59,120 bases of DNA, taken from assembly GCA_007119615.1 (NCBI GenBank), contig SKPH01000001.1, positions 1 through 59,120 of the forward strand, written 5' to 3'. The notes under the pieces are model-generated. The model did not search any database and was not told the origin of the DNA. It was given only the letters and a program-made list of their open reading frames with translations. Position numbers and translations under genes: made by a program. The DNA is from Syntrophomonadaceae bacterium. GTDB taxonomy: Bacteria > Bacillota > Dethiobacteria > DTU022. Below, piece by piece: positions 7,649 to 17,446 of this stretch. Positions within the stretch are counted from its first letter, which is position 1, and every line of letters begins with the position of its first letter.

Positions 7649-10216
7649 CTAGGGTCCCATGGAAACCACCAGCCGGACCTCGCGACCTCTTGCTACGATT
7701 GATCCGGGGGCGGGCGATTGACCGATAACTCTGCCAATTTGAACGTCGCTGCTGTGTCGTTGCTCCACCTGGCCGACTTTGAGACCTGCCTGTGTAATTT
7801 TTAGTTCGGCTATAGCTTGGAATGAGCCGATAACATTCGGGACCTGGACAGGATCTCCGGGAGCAGGGGGTGCCCCGTTTCGCTCTCGGACGGGCTGCCC
7901 GAAAAGGCTGAATCCCGTATCTTCATCTTCACCTAACAGCATTTCTCCGGCATCCTGCGGCCCCCTGCCCGGGCCCCCCCTGGGTGATTCCCAGCGGTGG
8001 TCAGTTACGATAAAAGGAGGCCTCCTATAACCATCTTCCAGGTGCATATTACAAGCCCCGGAAGGAGCCTGATCTGCTATGAAGTAATCGCTGATAACAG
8101 TTCCTGCTTCCTGACAAAATTCAGTAGGCCGCAGACCCGACCTGCTGCACACCGATAGCCTGACAATCCCTTCCGGTTGTTCAAATTCTTCGATCTCCAG
8201 GGTCTCGAATGCTTCCAGGAATACTTCGCGCAAAAAAGCGGTTGAGTAACGCCAGCCTTGTTCAATCGCACCCATCCTCGGTTCATCGTAACCCATCCAG
8301 AAAGAGGCGACCAGGTTTGGTGTATAGGCAACCAGGTATACATCTCTCCAATCATCGGTTGTGCCGGTTTTAGCGGCCACCGGGCGATCAATTTGCAAAG
8401 CCCGGCCCAGGTAACCGGTTACAAAACCCTGCAGGATATCGTTGATCAGAAACGCAGATTGCGGACTTAAAATCTGTTCCGGTTCTGCCTCGTACTCATA
8501 AATAATATTTCCCCTGCTATCAACGATTTTTTCGATGGTATGCAGGTCAACCTTCTGTCCCTGGTTGGCAAAAACTCCGTAAGCCTGGGCCATGTCGATA
8601 GCGCTTACCCCGCGGGTAAAGCCGCCCAGGGTCAGGCTTAAGTTTTCTTTCTCCTGGGGAACCATCGTTGATATACCCATTCTTTCCGCGTATCCGGCGC
8701 CAACTTCGGGGCCGAGAACTTCGAAGGCGCGAACTGCCGGTACATTATAAGAATAAATAAGCGCTCTTCGCACCGGGATCATTCCCCGGAAGGCGTAGTC
8801 AAAGTTTTCCGGAAACCAGTCCTCCCGCGGTCCGATATAAGGGGAGTCATCAAGGGTTGAACCGGCGCCCGCCAGGGTTCCCTCTTCGAAGGCAGGACCA
8901 TAAGTTATTACCGGCTTGATTGCCGAACCGGGCTGGCGCAGGGAACTGAAGCGCAGCACTTCGTCCACATTCTTACGATATTCACGGCCCCCGCCCAGAG
9001 CTTTGATTTGACCGGTAGCCGGATCGGCAACAACAATTGCCGCCTGGGGTTGCGGGACGCCTTCTTCATCGATAAGTTCCTGCAATTGGGCCTGCGATAG
9101 ATCATCGTCGGGAGGGAGACCCGATATTGCTTCCCTGACCCTGGTTATATCTACGTATACAGTAGAAGGATAAAGTTCGGTCCGTCCGAGAACATCCTGC
9201 ACATGGATTTGCATCGTCGGCTCCAGGGTGGTGTAGACACGTAAGCCACCGGTATAGATAGCCTGGTATGCTTCAGCTGGGGAGTCAATGGATAGGCTTG
9301 AACTGATAACCCTAATTAATTCATTGTGGATTACGTAGTCGATAAAGTGAGGATAAGGATACTCGGGGCTGCGTAACTCGGCATAATTGAACTGTTGGTT
9401 AAGGGCCTGCCTGTATTGAGACTCTGAAATAAATTCAAGCCTCGCCATGTTCATCAACACCATACGCATCCGGTCTTCCGCTGCGGATCTATTGTCGATA
9501 GGGTTGTAGTAATTAGGTGAACGCACCGCCCCGGCCAGCATTGCCGCTTCTGCTACTCTTAATTCACCGGCACTCTTTCCGAAATAGGTTTGCGCCGCAG
9601 CTTCCACTCCGTAGGCTGTGTTGCCAAAGTAAATCCTGTTTAGATACATTTCCATGATTTCTTCTTTGCTGTATTCATCCTCAAGTTGAATAGCCAGCCA
9701 GATCTCCTGCACTTTACGTTCATAGGTGGTCTCTGTGGTTAAAAATGCGTTTTGGGCCAACTGTTGGGAAATGGTGCTTGCTCCCTGTACAATGGCTCCG
9801 GCCCGAAAATTAATATAGGCCGCCCGGATGCTGCCGATAATATCAAAACCAAAATGCTGGTAGAAACGTTCATCTTCAATCGCGATAAAGGCCTGCTGAA
9901 CATGCAGGGGTATCTCTTCCAAACTGATTTCAATCCGGTGTTGATCATCGTGCAGGGGAGTAATTTCTTCACCGTTGCTGTCATAGATATAAGATGTTTC
10001 TACTGTTTCCAGACGCGATGGGTCGAGGGGTGGAGCCTCATTAATATAGCCGACCACTACTGACGCAGCAGCGCCGCCGGCAACAAGAAACATCAGAAAT
10101 AAAACTAGGATAGCAATTTTGATTGCACGGAGCTTTTTGGATGGTTTTTTTTTGGTTTTTTTTAATTGATGGTCCTTTTTTTCAATTGGAACTTTAGGAG
10201 CCTTTTTTTTCGCCAA
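7649..10216 (-). CDS. class A penicillin-binding protein (PBP1A-type transglycosylase/transpeptidase) with a C-terminal PASTA domain
   Basis: GT51 motifs AIEDERFYQHFGFD and GASTISQQLAQN. Transpeptidase motifs SAIKP (SxxK), YSYN (SxN) and KTGT. C-terminal PASTA-like VPNVIGSFQAIAELKITQAGLKVG...VRLVVSMGP. TTG start with AAGGAG upstream. Confidence 0.9.
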   Translation of the reverse strand: MAKKKAPKVPIEKKDHQLKKTKKKPSKKLRAIKIAILVLFLMFLVAGGAAASVVVGYINEAPPLDPSRLETVETSYIYDSNGEEITPLHDDQHRIEISLEEIPLHVQQAFIAIEDERFYQHFGFDIIGSIRAAYINFRAGAIVQGASTISQQLAQNAFLTTETTYERKVQEIWLAIQLEDEYSKEEIMEMYLNRIYFGNTAYGVEAAAQTYFGKSAGELRVAEAAMLAGAVRSPNYYNPIDNRSAAEDRMRMVLMNMARLEFISESQYRQALNQQFNYAELRSPEYPYPHFIDYVIHNELIRVISSSLSIDSPAEAYQAIYTGGLRVYTTLEPTMQIHVQDVLGRTELYPSTVYVDITRVREAISGLPPDDDLSQAQLQELIDEEGVPQPQAAIVVADPATGQIKALGGGREYRKNVDEVLRFSSLRQPGSAIKPVITYGPAFEEGTLAGAGSTLDDSPYIGPREDWFPENFDYAFRGMIPVRRALIYSYNVPAVRAFEVLGPEVGAGYAERMGISTMVPQEKENLSLTLGGFTRGVSAIDMAQAYGVFANQGQKVDLHTIEKIVDSRGNIIYEYEAEPEQILSPQSAFLINDILQGFVTGYLGRALQIDRPVAAKTGTTDDWRDVYLVAYTPNLVASFWMGYDEPRMGAIEQGWRYSTAFLREVFLEAFETLEIEEFEQPEGIVRLSVCSRSGLRPTEFCQEAGTVISDYFIADQAPSGACNMHLEDGYRRPPFIVTDHRWESPRGGPGRGPQDAGEMLLGEDEDTGFSLFGQPVRERNGAPPAPGDPVQVPNVIGSFQAIAELKITQAGLKVGQVEQRHSSDVQIGRVIGQSPAPGSIVARGREVRLVVSMGP

Positions 10217-10506
10217 CCCGGTTCCACACTCCTTGGAAAAGTTTAATCGCTGAAAACTTTCACCATTTCTTGCTCCGGTTGAGTGACTCGCTGCTCAAGT
10301 AACATTATGTTTTCGTAAGTAGGAATTTCATGGTTGCGTACTGCTATTTATAATCGGAGTCGATCAAACAGGCAAAGTAAAAATGCTTTAGTACATTCCT
10401 TATTCAAATTTTGCAATGGCAGCAAATTTTTCAGGCGCATTATTATGTAACCATGGATATATTATAACAGTTATTCAGGATATCTCAAGATAAGAAAACC
10501 TACCTG

Positions 10507-10522
10507 CCGAAGTGTTGGTTCC
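10507..10522 (+). promoter_or_regulatory. partial copy ('box 1' only) of the conserved catabolic-operon upstream element
   Basis: CCGAAGTGTTGGTTCC compared with CCGAAGGTGTTAGCTCC in copies A and B. It lies in the AT-rich divergent region, 361 nt upstream of the thiolase ATG. Confidence 0.3.
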
Positions 10523-10883
10523 TAAACATTAAAAGTGCAATTTTAATTTTTATTTAAATAGATATAATATAAATTATTGGCAGGTAATTATCGTTTAATG
10601 TGGAAATTTTAATCTTAATATGTGATTATAGTTTTTGCCAGGGCAGAAAATTTGCTAGTAAGTTTCGCTTGAAGTCGTTGCTTTTTACTGATCTTGATGG
10701 TAGCATTAAGCTTAATATTAAGAATGTTTTATTAACTAAGTATCTATCCTTGTTTTTATTTTACCTGCATGGCATCCAGCTTAAACCGTTTTTATGCGGC
10801 CAATATAAAGTAGTGGGCTCAAGAGTATATTAACAAAAAAACATTAGGACAGGAGGGAATGCCCTGTTTCAAGGGGTAAAATT

Positions 10884-12065
10884 ATGCGTAAACCAGTCGT
10901 TGTAAGTGTGGTAAGAACTATAGCCGGTAGGTATGGCGGAAGTTTAAGTAGTTTTAGCGCTCCCGAATTGGGAGCGAAAGTAGTTGAGGAGGTAATTAAG
11001 AGAGCGGGAATTTCGGGTGAAGAAGTTGATGAATTAATATTTGGCTGTGGATGGCAGGCCGGAATAGGACCGAATGTTGCCCGGCAAGCCACAGTCCTTG
11101 GCGGCTTACCGGTTGATGTGCCGGCCTATACGATCAACATGCGTTGCGCTTCAAGTTTGCAGGCAGCTATACTGGGGGCCAGGTCAATTCTTTCCGGTGA
11201 CTCTGATACTGTAGTGGTTGGCGGCACAGAGTCTGCCTCCAATGTGCCTTACATTCTTGACAAAGCGCGCTGGGGCGCTCGGATGGGTGATATGACCGCC
11301 TATGACGGGCTTCACAAGGATGGGTTCATGTGTTCGCTGGCTGGAATGTTGATGGGCGGAACAGCCGAGCTGTTGGCTGAAAAATACGATATTGGCCGCG
11401 AAGAACAGGACAGCTTTGCCCTCGAAAGTCATCAGAAAGCAGCGAAAGCAGTTGAAGAAGGTAAATTTAATGATGAAATTTTACCGCTGGAAGTAGCAGA
11501 GAAAAAGCAGACTATAACAGTTGATCAGGAAGAGCTGCCCCGGGCGGATGCTTCAATGGAAAAAATGGCTAAACTTCCTCCGGTTTTTAAAAAGGATGGA
11601 ACGGTAACCGCCGGCAACAGTTGTGCCCTTTCCGACAATGCTTCAGCCATGGTAATTATGTCTGAAGAGAAAGCCAAAGAGCTGGGACTGACCCCCCTTG
11701 CTGCAATTCGTGGCTATGCTGCGGGAGGAGTAGATCCCAGGTATATGGGTATCGGACCGGTTAAAGCCGTTCCCCTGGCCCTGGAAAAAGCAGGAGTCGA
11801 CCTCGACGATATAGATTTAATTGAACTAAATGAAGCTTTCGCAGTTCAGTATCTGGCGGTTGAGAGAGAGATGAAATGGAATCGGGATAAAGTAAATGTT
11901 CGCGGTGGAGCTATAGCCCTCGGTCACCCTGTTGGGGCTACCGGTACCAAGCTGATCACCACCCTGCTTCATACCATGAAAACAGAAAACAAGGATCTGG
12001 GTCTGGTCAGCGCCTGTGTTGGTGGAGGACAGGGTGTAGCTTTAGTTTTTGAGCGATTGAGCTAA
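10884..12065 (+). CDS. acetyl-CoA C-acetyltransferase (biosynthetic/degradative thiolase II type)
   Basis: Active-site Cys context [10 protein letters not shown], plus [15 protein letters not shown] and the C-terminal CVGGGQG. Confidence 0.9.
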   Translation: MRKPVVVSVVRTIAGRYGGSLSSFSAPELGAKVVEEVIKRAGISGEEVDELIFGCGWQAGIGPNVARQATVLGGLPVDVPAYTINMRCASSLQAAILGARSILSGDSDTVVVGGTESASNVPYILDKARWGARMGDMTAYDGLHKDGFMCSLAGMLMGGTAELLAEKYDIGREEQDSFALESHQKAAKAVEEGKFNDEILPLEVAEKKQTITVDQEELPRADASMEKMAKLPPVFKKDGTVTAGNSCALSDNASAMVIMSEEKAKELGLTPLAAIRGYAAGGVDPRYMGIGPVKAVPLALEKAGVDLDDIDLIELNEAFAVQYLAVEREMKWNRDKVNVRGGAIALGHPVGATGTKLITTLLHTMKTENKDLGLVSACVGGGQGVALVFERLS

Positions 12066-12112
12066 ATCTGCTTTTTGCATATGGAAAAAAGAGTTGTTAC
12101 AACCCGCTGTAG

Positions 12113-12169
12113 TTAAGGCGTGCCCAAAAAGGGGTAAGTCCAATGGTTGAAATTGGAGTTCCGCCTTAA
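12113..12169 (+). other. intercistronic nested stem-loop between the thiolase and hbd genes
   Basis: An 8-bp outer stem (TTAAGGCG 12113-12120 with CGCCTTAA 12162-12169). A 6-bp inner stem (TCCAAT 12139-12144 with ATTGGA 12152-12157) closes a 7-nt loop. No T-tract follows. Confidence 0.4.
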
Positions 12170-12245
12170 GATGCGGTCCTGGAAAAGATGTGGGTAAAAT
12201 TTTGCTGTACTATTATCTGGTAATTAAGAAAAGGAGGCTCAATAA

Positions 12246-13133
12246 ATGGAAGAAGTAAAGAAAAGTTTTGTTTTAGGAGCCGGCATAATGGGAACCGGAA
12301 TAGCCCAGTTGATGGCTCAGAAAGGAATTGAGGTAACTTTATCCGATGTTGACAAGGCGGTTACCGAACGCAGTCTTGAGAATATTCAAAAGGGCTTAAA
12401 CAAGCGGGTTGAGAAAGGGAAAATGACTGAAAATGAAGTCCAGGATATTCTTGGGCGTATCAAATCCTCTGTGGGTTTGAACGAAGCTGCTGATGCTGAT
12501 TTTGTAATTGAAGCCATCATTGAAGATGTTGGGATAAAGCAGAAAACTTTTGCTGATTTGGAAGGGATTGTACGGGACGGCGTGATTCTGGCCTCCAATA
12601 CTACGGCTTGCTCTATATCAGAAATTACCTCTTCAATGAAAGATCCCGGAAGAGTGGTTGGCATGCACTTTTTTAACCCTGCAGTTGTTATGAAACTGGT
12701 TGAGATTATGCCCGGTTTAGCCACCCGCCCGGAGACAGTGGATCTGACTTATAAATTAGCGGAATTCCTTGGAAAGGAACCTGTAGTTACGGCCAAAGAA
12801 GGTATCGCCGGTATAGCAAGCCGGGTTTTAGCAGCCCTGTTGAATGAAGCAGTATGGGTACTGGATGAAGGGATCGGGACGGTAGATGAAATTGACAAGG
12901 CCCTTAAAATGGGCTCGAATCAACCAATGGGTCCCCTTGAGCTCATTGATCTGATCGGGATCGATACTCATTTAGCGAAGACCAGGACTCTATACCAAAA
13001 ATTAGGCGATCCACGGTACCGTCCATGTTATCTTCTGGAAAAAATGGTGCATGCCGGTTATCTCGGACGCAAGTCCAAGAAAGGCTTCTACGATTATACA
13101 GGCGAAGCTCCTGTTCCCATGAAATTGAAATAA
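12246..13133 (+). CDS. hbd: 3-hydroxybutyryl-CoA (3-hydroxyacyl-CoA) dehydrogenase
   Basis: Rossmann motif [24 protein letters not shown], and the C-terminal dimerisation domain [15 protein letters not shown]. Confidence 0.9.
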   Translation: MEEVKKSFVLGAGIMGTGIAQLMAQKGIEVTLSDVDKAVTERSLENIQKGLNKRVEKGKMTENEVQDILGRIKSSVGLNEAADADFVIEAIIEDVGIKQKTFADLEGIVRDGVILASNTTACSISEITSSMKDPGRVVGMHFFNPAVVMKLVEIMPGLATRPETVDLTYKLAEFLGKEPVVTAKEGIAGIASRVLAALLNEAVWVLDEGIGTVDEIDKALKMGSNQPMGPLELIDLIGIDTHLAKTRTLYQKLGDPRYRPCYLLEKMVHAGYLGRKSKKGFYDYTGEAPVPMKLK

Positions 13134-13152
13134 ACTACATGAGGTGAAGAAA

Positions 13153-14307
13153 ATGAACTTTAGTCTAACTTCCGAGCAAGAAACTGTTCAAAAAAGTGTT
13201 CGTGACTTCGTAGCCAAGGAGATAACCCCCTTTGCCAAGGAATGGGACCAGGAAGAGAAGTTCCCCTGGGATGTATGGAAGAAAATGGGTGAGGTAGAGA
13301 TCATCAGTACCGCTGTGCCTGAAGAATATGATGGGTGCGGAATGGATCATATAACCCATGCTATAGTTGCTGAAGAACTTGGTTACGGATGCAGTTCCAT
13401 TCGGGGCACCTACTCGGTTCAGATATCTCTGGTGACCAAGACCATTTTAGCCTGGGGCAATGAAGACCAGAAGCAAAAATATGTTCCCCGTCTGGCGACA
13501 GGTGAAATAATGGGTTGTTACGGCTTGACCGAACCGAACTCCGGCAGCGATGCGGCCAGCCTGTCTACTACTGCCAGGGAAGACGGCGACCATTATATCC
13601 TCAAAGGGAACAAGATGTGGATTACCAATGCAAATGTTGCAGATGTGGCGATCATTTTTGCTAAAACTGATCCTGACGCAGGGGCGAGAGGAATTACCGC
13701 TTTCCTGGTTGATAAAGATACTCCCGGTTATTCCACACAGGAAATCCACGAAAAACTTGGCCTGCGCGCTTCCGATACGGGTGAAATAATCCTGGATAAT
13801 GTCAGGGTTCCCAAGGAAAATATGCTTGGTCCTATTGGGAAAGGTTTTCGTGTTGCCCTTTCCGCTCTCGACAATGCGCGCTTTACAGTAGCCGCAGGAT
13901 GCGTAGGTTCTGCCCAGTCAGCCCTGGATACTTCCAAAAGTTATGCTAAAGAAAGAATTCAGTTTGATAAACCTCTGGCCGGGCATCAATTAGTACAACA
14001 GTTGATTACCAATATGACCGTGGATGTCGAATGTGGAAGATTGTTGGTTTACCGGGCCGGTTACTTAAAAGATGAAGGCGTACCCAATACCCGGGAAACT
14101 TCAATGGCGAAATATTACTGCAGCGAGATGGTAAACCGTGTTGCCTACAATGCCATTCAGGTTCTGGGCGGCTACGGATTCTCCGCTGAATATCCTGTTG
14201 AGAGGATCTACCGGGATGCCAGAATCAACACTCTCTATGAGGGGACTTCTCAGATTCAGCAGCTTATTCTGGGCAATATCGAACTGGGCATCCCTGCTTT
14301 TAAGTAA
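13153..14307 (+). CDS. acyl-CoA dehydrogenase, glutaryl-CoA-dehydrogenase-like
   Basis: The track start is GTG 13144, but ATG 13153 lies 5 nt after GAGGTGA. ACAD motifs: GCYGLTEPNSGSDAASL and YEGTSQIQ. The features LDNARF, AGYLKDEG and the C-terminal GIPAF resemble my recollection of GCDH sequences more than butyryl-CoA dehydrogenases. Confidence 0.6.
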   Translation: MNFSLTSEQETVQKSVRDFVAKEITPFAKEWDQEEKFPWDVWKKMGEVEIISTAVPEEYDGCGMDHITHAIVAEELGYGCSSIRGTYSVQISLVTKTILAWGNEDQKQKYVPRLATGEIMGCYGLTEPNSGSDAASLSTTAREDGDHYILKGNKMWITNANVADVAIIFAKTDPDAGARGITAFLVDKDTPGYSTQEIHEKLGLRASDTGEIILDNVRVPKENMLGPIGKGFRVALSALDNARFTVAAGCVGSAQSALDTSKSYAKERIQFDKPLAGHQLVQQLITNMTVDVECGRLLVYRAGYLKDEGVPNTRETSMAKYYCSEMVNRVAYNAIQVLGGYGFSAEYPVERIYRDARINTLYEGTSQIQQLILGNIELGIPAFK

Positions 14308-14340
14308 CGTTACAGGTACATATCCAATCACATAACATTG

Positions 14341-15135
14341 ATGGGAGAGATGCCGGTGTATGATTATCTGAAATATGAAAAAGAAGCGCCTCTGGCGGTT
14401 ATAACCATTAACCGTCCGGAGGTTAGAAATGCCCTTTCCAACGCCCTGGTAGAAGAACTGGCAGAGGCCTTTTCGCAGGTAAACAAGGATCCGGAGATAA
14501 GAGCCCTGATCATAACCGGCGAAGGGGATAAGGCTTTTATGGCCGGCGCCGATATTAAGGAGCTTGAAGAAAGGGATTTTATCAAGGGTCGGGAACAGAC
14601 CAGGCGCCGTCAGGAAGTATTTAACATGCTCTGGGAAATGTCTATTCCTGTAATAGCCGCTATCAACGGTTATGCCCTGGGGGCGGGCCTGGAATTGGCC
14701 ATTGCCTGCACTTTACGACTGGCTTCAAAGAGCGCCCAAATGGGCTCACCAGAGATCAACCTGGGAATAATTCCCGGGGATGGAGCGACTCAACGCCTTC
14801 CGCGGCTGGTAGGTTTCGGAAGAGGCATGGAGATGGTACTGACAGGCGGTATGATTGATGCTGATGAAGCATACCGCATCGGACTGGTAAACAAACTGGC
14901 GGAGCCGGAAAACCTGATTGAGGAAGCAAAGAAAATGGCCAAAAAGTTGGCTGCGAAATCACCGCTTGCACTCCAGTATGGCAAAGAGGCGGTAAACCGA
15001 TCGCTTGAAATGGGACTTTATGAAGGTATGGCCCATGAATCTTATCTTCATGCTTTAGCCTGTGCAACGGAAGATAAAAAGGAAGGCGTAAAAGCTTTTA
15101 TTGAGAAAAGAAAGCCTCAGTACCAAGGCAAATGA
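14341..15135 (+). CDS. enoyl-CoA hydratase (crotonase family)
   Basis: FMAGADIKEL and INGYALGAGLELAIAC. The start is uncertain: TTG 14338, ATG 14341, ATG 14350 and GTG 14356 are all possible. Confidence 0.85.
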   Translation: MGEMPVYDYLKYEKEAPLAVITINRPEVRNALSNALVEELAEAFSQVNKDPEIRALIITGEGDKAFMAGADIKELEERDFIKGREQTRRRQEVFNMLWEMSIPVIAAINGYALGAGLELAIACTLRLASKSAQMGSPEINLGIIPGDGATQRLPRLVGFGRGMEMVLTGGMIDADEAYRIGLVNKLAEPENLIEEAKKMAKKLAAKSPLALQYGKEAVNRSLEMGLYEGMAHESYLHALACATEDKKEGVKAFIEKRKPQYQGK

Positions 15136-15293
15136 TTGTTGGTTGATGATTACTGAAAGAGGTCCTGCCGCTATAGGTGCACTATTTCGGCATGGCCTCT
15201 TCTTTGTTGCCCAATTATAATGGATCAATCGGGCCGGCAACTTATCCAACTGCTTCATTAGCTATTAATATTGCCATCTGCGGGCGGATTCAT

Positions 15294-15353
15294 TCTAAAG
15301 GATTAATCCATATTTTACTCTTTTTTCACCTTGCTTCCATGCTTTTAAGTGAT
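15294..15353 (+). promoter_or_regulatory. copy C (diverged) of the conserved upstream element, 101 nt before bamB
   Basis: TTTTACTCTTTTTTCACCTTGCTTCCATGCTTTTAAGTGAT aligns with copy A, TTTCACTCTTTTTAACCTTGATTCCATGCTTTTTAGGGAT. The 5' box is weak (TCTAAAGGATTAATCC). Confidence 0.5.
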
Positions 15354-15454
15354 TCTTTTATTAAGAAATTCCTGTAAACTGGTAAAGTAGAGGTAGTCTG
15401 ACAGGAGCAGGCAGCAATGTTTGAGGTTAATTTATAGCTAAGAGGTGTTGAAAA

Positions 15455-17446
15455 ATGAGATACGCAGAGACAGGTTATAATTTAGAAATTGACTTATCCA
15501 GCGGAAATATTGAAAAGGTAGAAACTGATCCGGCAATTACAGCGCTCCACCTGGGAGGTCTGGGCACTAACGCCAAGATTTTATGGGACACTGTTCCTCC
15601 TGAAGCCGATCCCTTTTCTCCCGAAAACCGGCTGATATTCGGTACCGGTCTCTTATGCGGCACACCAGCTGTAGGAGCGAATCGAACAATTGTTACCACC
15701 TACTCTCCTCAGACTCTGTTAATGGCATATTCAATGATGGGAGGATTCTGGGCTCCTGAGTTAAAGCATGCCGGATATGACAAGGTAATTTTGAGCGGGA
15801 AGTCCCCCAGCCTGGTTTATTTGTGGATAAACAACGACAAAGTGGAGCTACGTGATGCTTCACATCTGCAGGGCAAAGGAACGGTCGAAACTGAAGCGCT
15901 GATCCGGGAAGAACTGCAGGAACCGAACGCTCAGGTGATGTCAATTGGCCTGGCAGGAGAAAACAGGATTTATTATTCTTCAATTGAGCACAGCAGGTCC
16001 AGTGCCAGCAGAGGCGGCATGGGAGCTGTTATGGGAGACAAAAAAGTTAAAGCGATAGCGGTTCGGGGGACAAAGGATCTCAACATTGCCCGGCCGGTCG
16101 AGTTTATTGAACACTGTAATGATGTTCTCAATTATATTCAATGGCGGGCCGATAATCCAGTTCAACATGTCCCGCCCATTTTAGCCGGACTTGGTTCGCC
16201 GCAGGAGATGGCGATACACGATGAACAGTGGCATACCACGGCTTTTTCCTGGGGAAATGCCCGCTATAGGAGAAAAGACTTTTGGACCGAGGAAGTTGAA
16301 AAAGAATGGTCCGAGATTCAGGATGGAGCGGTACAGCGGTTGATCAGCTGCTACAATTGTCCGATGAAGTGCGGCGCAATAATTGCCTATCCTACCCTGG
16401 AACTCTCTAAATATATGATGAAATGCTATTCAAAGTTAACTTATGTGATGGGGGCAATGGCTGATAACCTGGAATTCGGTTTCAGAATTGCCGGTTTAGC
16501 CCAGGGTTACGGTGTGGATGCCTACACTGCGCCTCAGGTTATGGCTTTTGCCGTAGAACTTTATGAGCAGGGGATATTAACTGATCAGGATCTGCCTGAG
16601 TTTCCGCCTGATAATGAGGGAAGGTTTTTCTATCTTCTCGAAAAAATTGTCCGGCGGGAGGGAATTGGCGATGTCCTGGCCAATGGAGTTTACTGGGCTG
16701 CGCGTGAGATAGGCAATGGAGCGGAAGCCTACGACAGCAATACCATTAAAAAACATGAGCAGATCCCGATTAAACTTGGGATGCTGAATCCTATATTTTT
16801 CCTGATGCTTTCCACCGGTGAGAAGATCAATATTACCCAGATTGAAGGGCAGCTGCCCCAGGCGCCTTTCCCGGACAGAGAGGACAGGGAGGAGTTTGTA
16901 AAGGACTGGATTCAGGCCCCCAGTGATACAATTAAAGAATTTTTCCTGAATTGGGAACTGCGCGGGGATAATGCATTTCCTTTTTATCCCGATTTCCAAA
17001 CAGCCTGTGAACTGGTTGAGTGGCAGGAGACAATGCATTATATCGATGATTCCACCGGAATATGCGCAGGGTTATCATCTTTTCCGATCAAACCTCCGTA
17101 TCATATCAATAATCTGCCCGGTTTAATTTCGGCGGCCACCGGCCTTGATATTGACAGGGATGAACTTTGGAACAAAATAGTCAGAAGAAACCGCAGCCTG
17201 ATGAGAGCTATTAATTCAAGAAGAGGCTTGAGAAGAAGTGATGACAAACCTCCGCAGGATCATTGGAAAAAAAGATTTCCCGAGCATGAAGCCAAACTTT
17301 TAGATGAATATTATAAATTTAAAGGGTGGAATAATGATGGTATTCCCACGAAAGAGTCTCTGGAAGAATTAGGTCTTGGGTATGTTGGTGAAGACTTAGA
17401 AAAGCGAGGGATTTATAATAATGGGCAAAGTGAAGAAAAAAGTTAA
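15455..17446 (+). CDS. bamB: class II benzoyl-CoA reductase active-site subunit BamB (tungsten bis-pterin, aldehyde:ferredoxin-oxidoreductase family)
   Basis: A 663-aa AOR-family protein with the [4Fe-4S] motif CYNCPMKCG. It is the first gene of a cluster colinear with the described bamBCDEFGHI organisation. Confidence 0.85.
   Translation: MRYAETGYNLEIDLSSGNIEKVETDPAITALHLGGLGTNAKILWDTVPPEADPFSPENRLIFGTGLLCGTPAVGANRTIVTTYSPQTLLMAYSMMGGFWAPELKHAGYDKVILSGKSPSLVYLWINNDKVELRDASHLQGKGTVETEALIREELQEPNAQVMSIGLAGENRIYYSSIEHSRSSASRGGMGAVMGDKKVKAIAVRGTKDLNIARPVEFIEHCNDVLNYIQWRADNPVQHVPPILAGLGSPQEMAIHDEQWHTTAFSWGNARYRRKDFWTEEVEKEWSEIQDGAVQRLISCYNCPMKCGAIIAYPTLELSKYMMKCYSKLTYVMGAMADNLEFGFRIAGLAQGYGVDAYTAPQVMAFAVELYEQGILTDQDLPEFPPDNEGRFFYLLEKIVRREGIGDVLANGVYWAAREIGNGAEAYDSNTIKKHEQIPIKLGMLNPIFFLMLSTGEKINITQIEGQLPQAPFPDREDREEFVKDWIQAPSDTIKEFFLNWELRGDNAFPFYPDFQTACELVEWQETMHYIDDSTGICAGLSSFPIKPPYHINNLPGLISAATGLDIDRDELWNKIVRRNRSLMRAINSRRGLRRSDDKPPQDHWKKRFPEHEAKLLDEYYKFKGWNNDGIPTKESLEELGLGYVGEDLEKRGIYNNGQSEEKS

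Noticed and set aside
10600-10833. 77-aa ORF in the AT-rich intergenic region
   Set aside because: It lacks an RBS, and its composition is driven by AT-rich DNA (Leu/Phe/Lys/Ile). It lies in a divergent promoter region.
15311-15353. Reading the conserved element's 3' box (TTCCATGCTTTTAAG) as a sigma-54 (-24/-12) or sigma-70 promoter
   Set aside because: There is no GG-N10-GC spacing matching TGGCAC-N5-TTGC. No consistent -10 hexamer lies at the same offset in copies A-D. The promoter assignment is left open.
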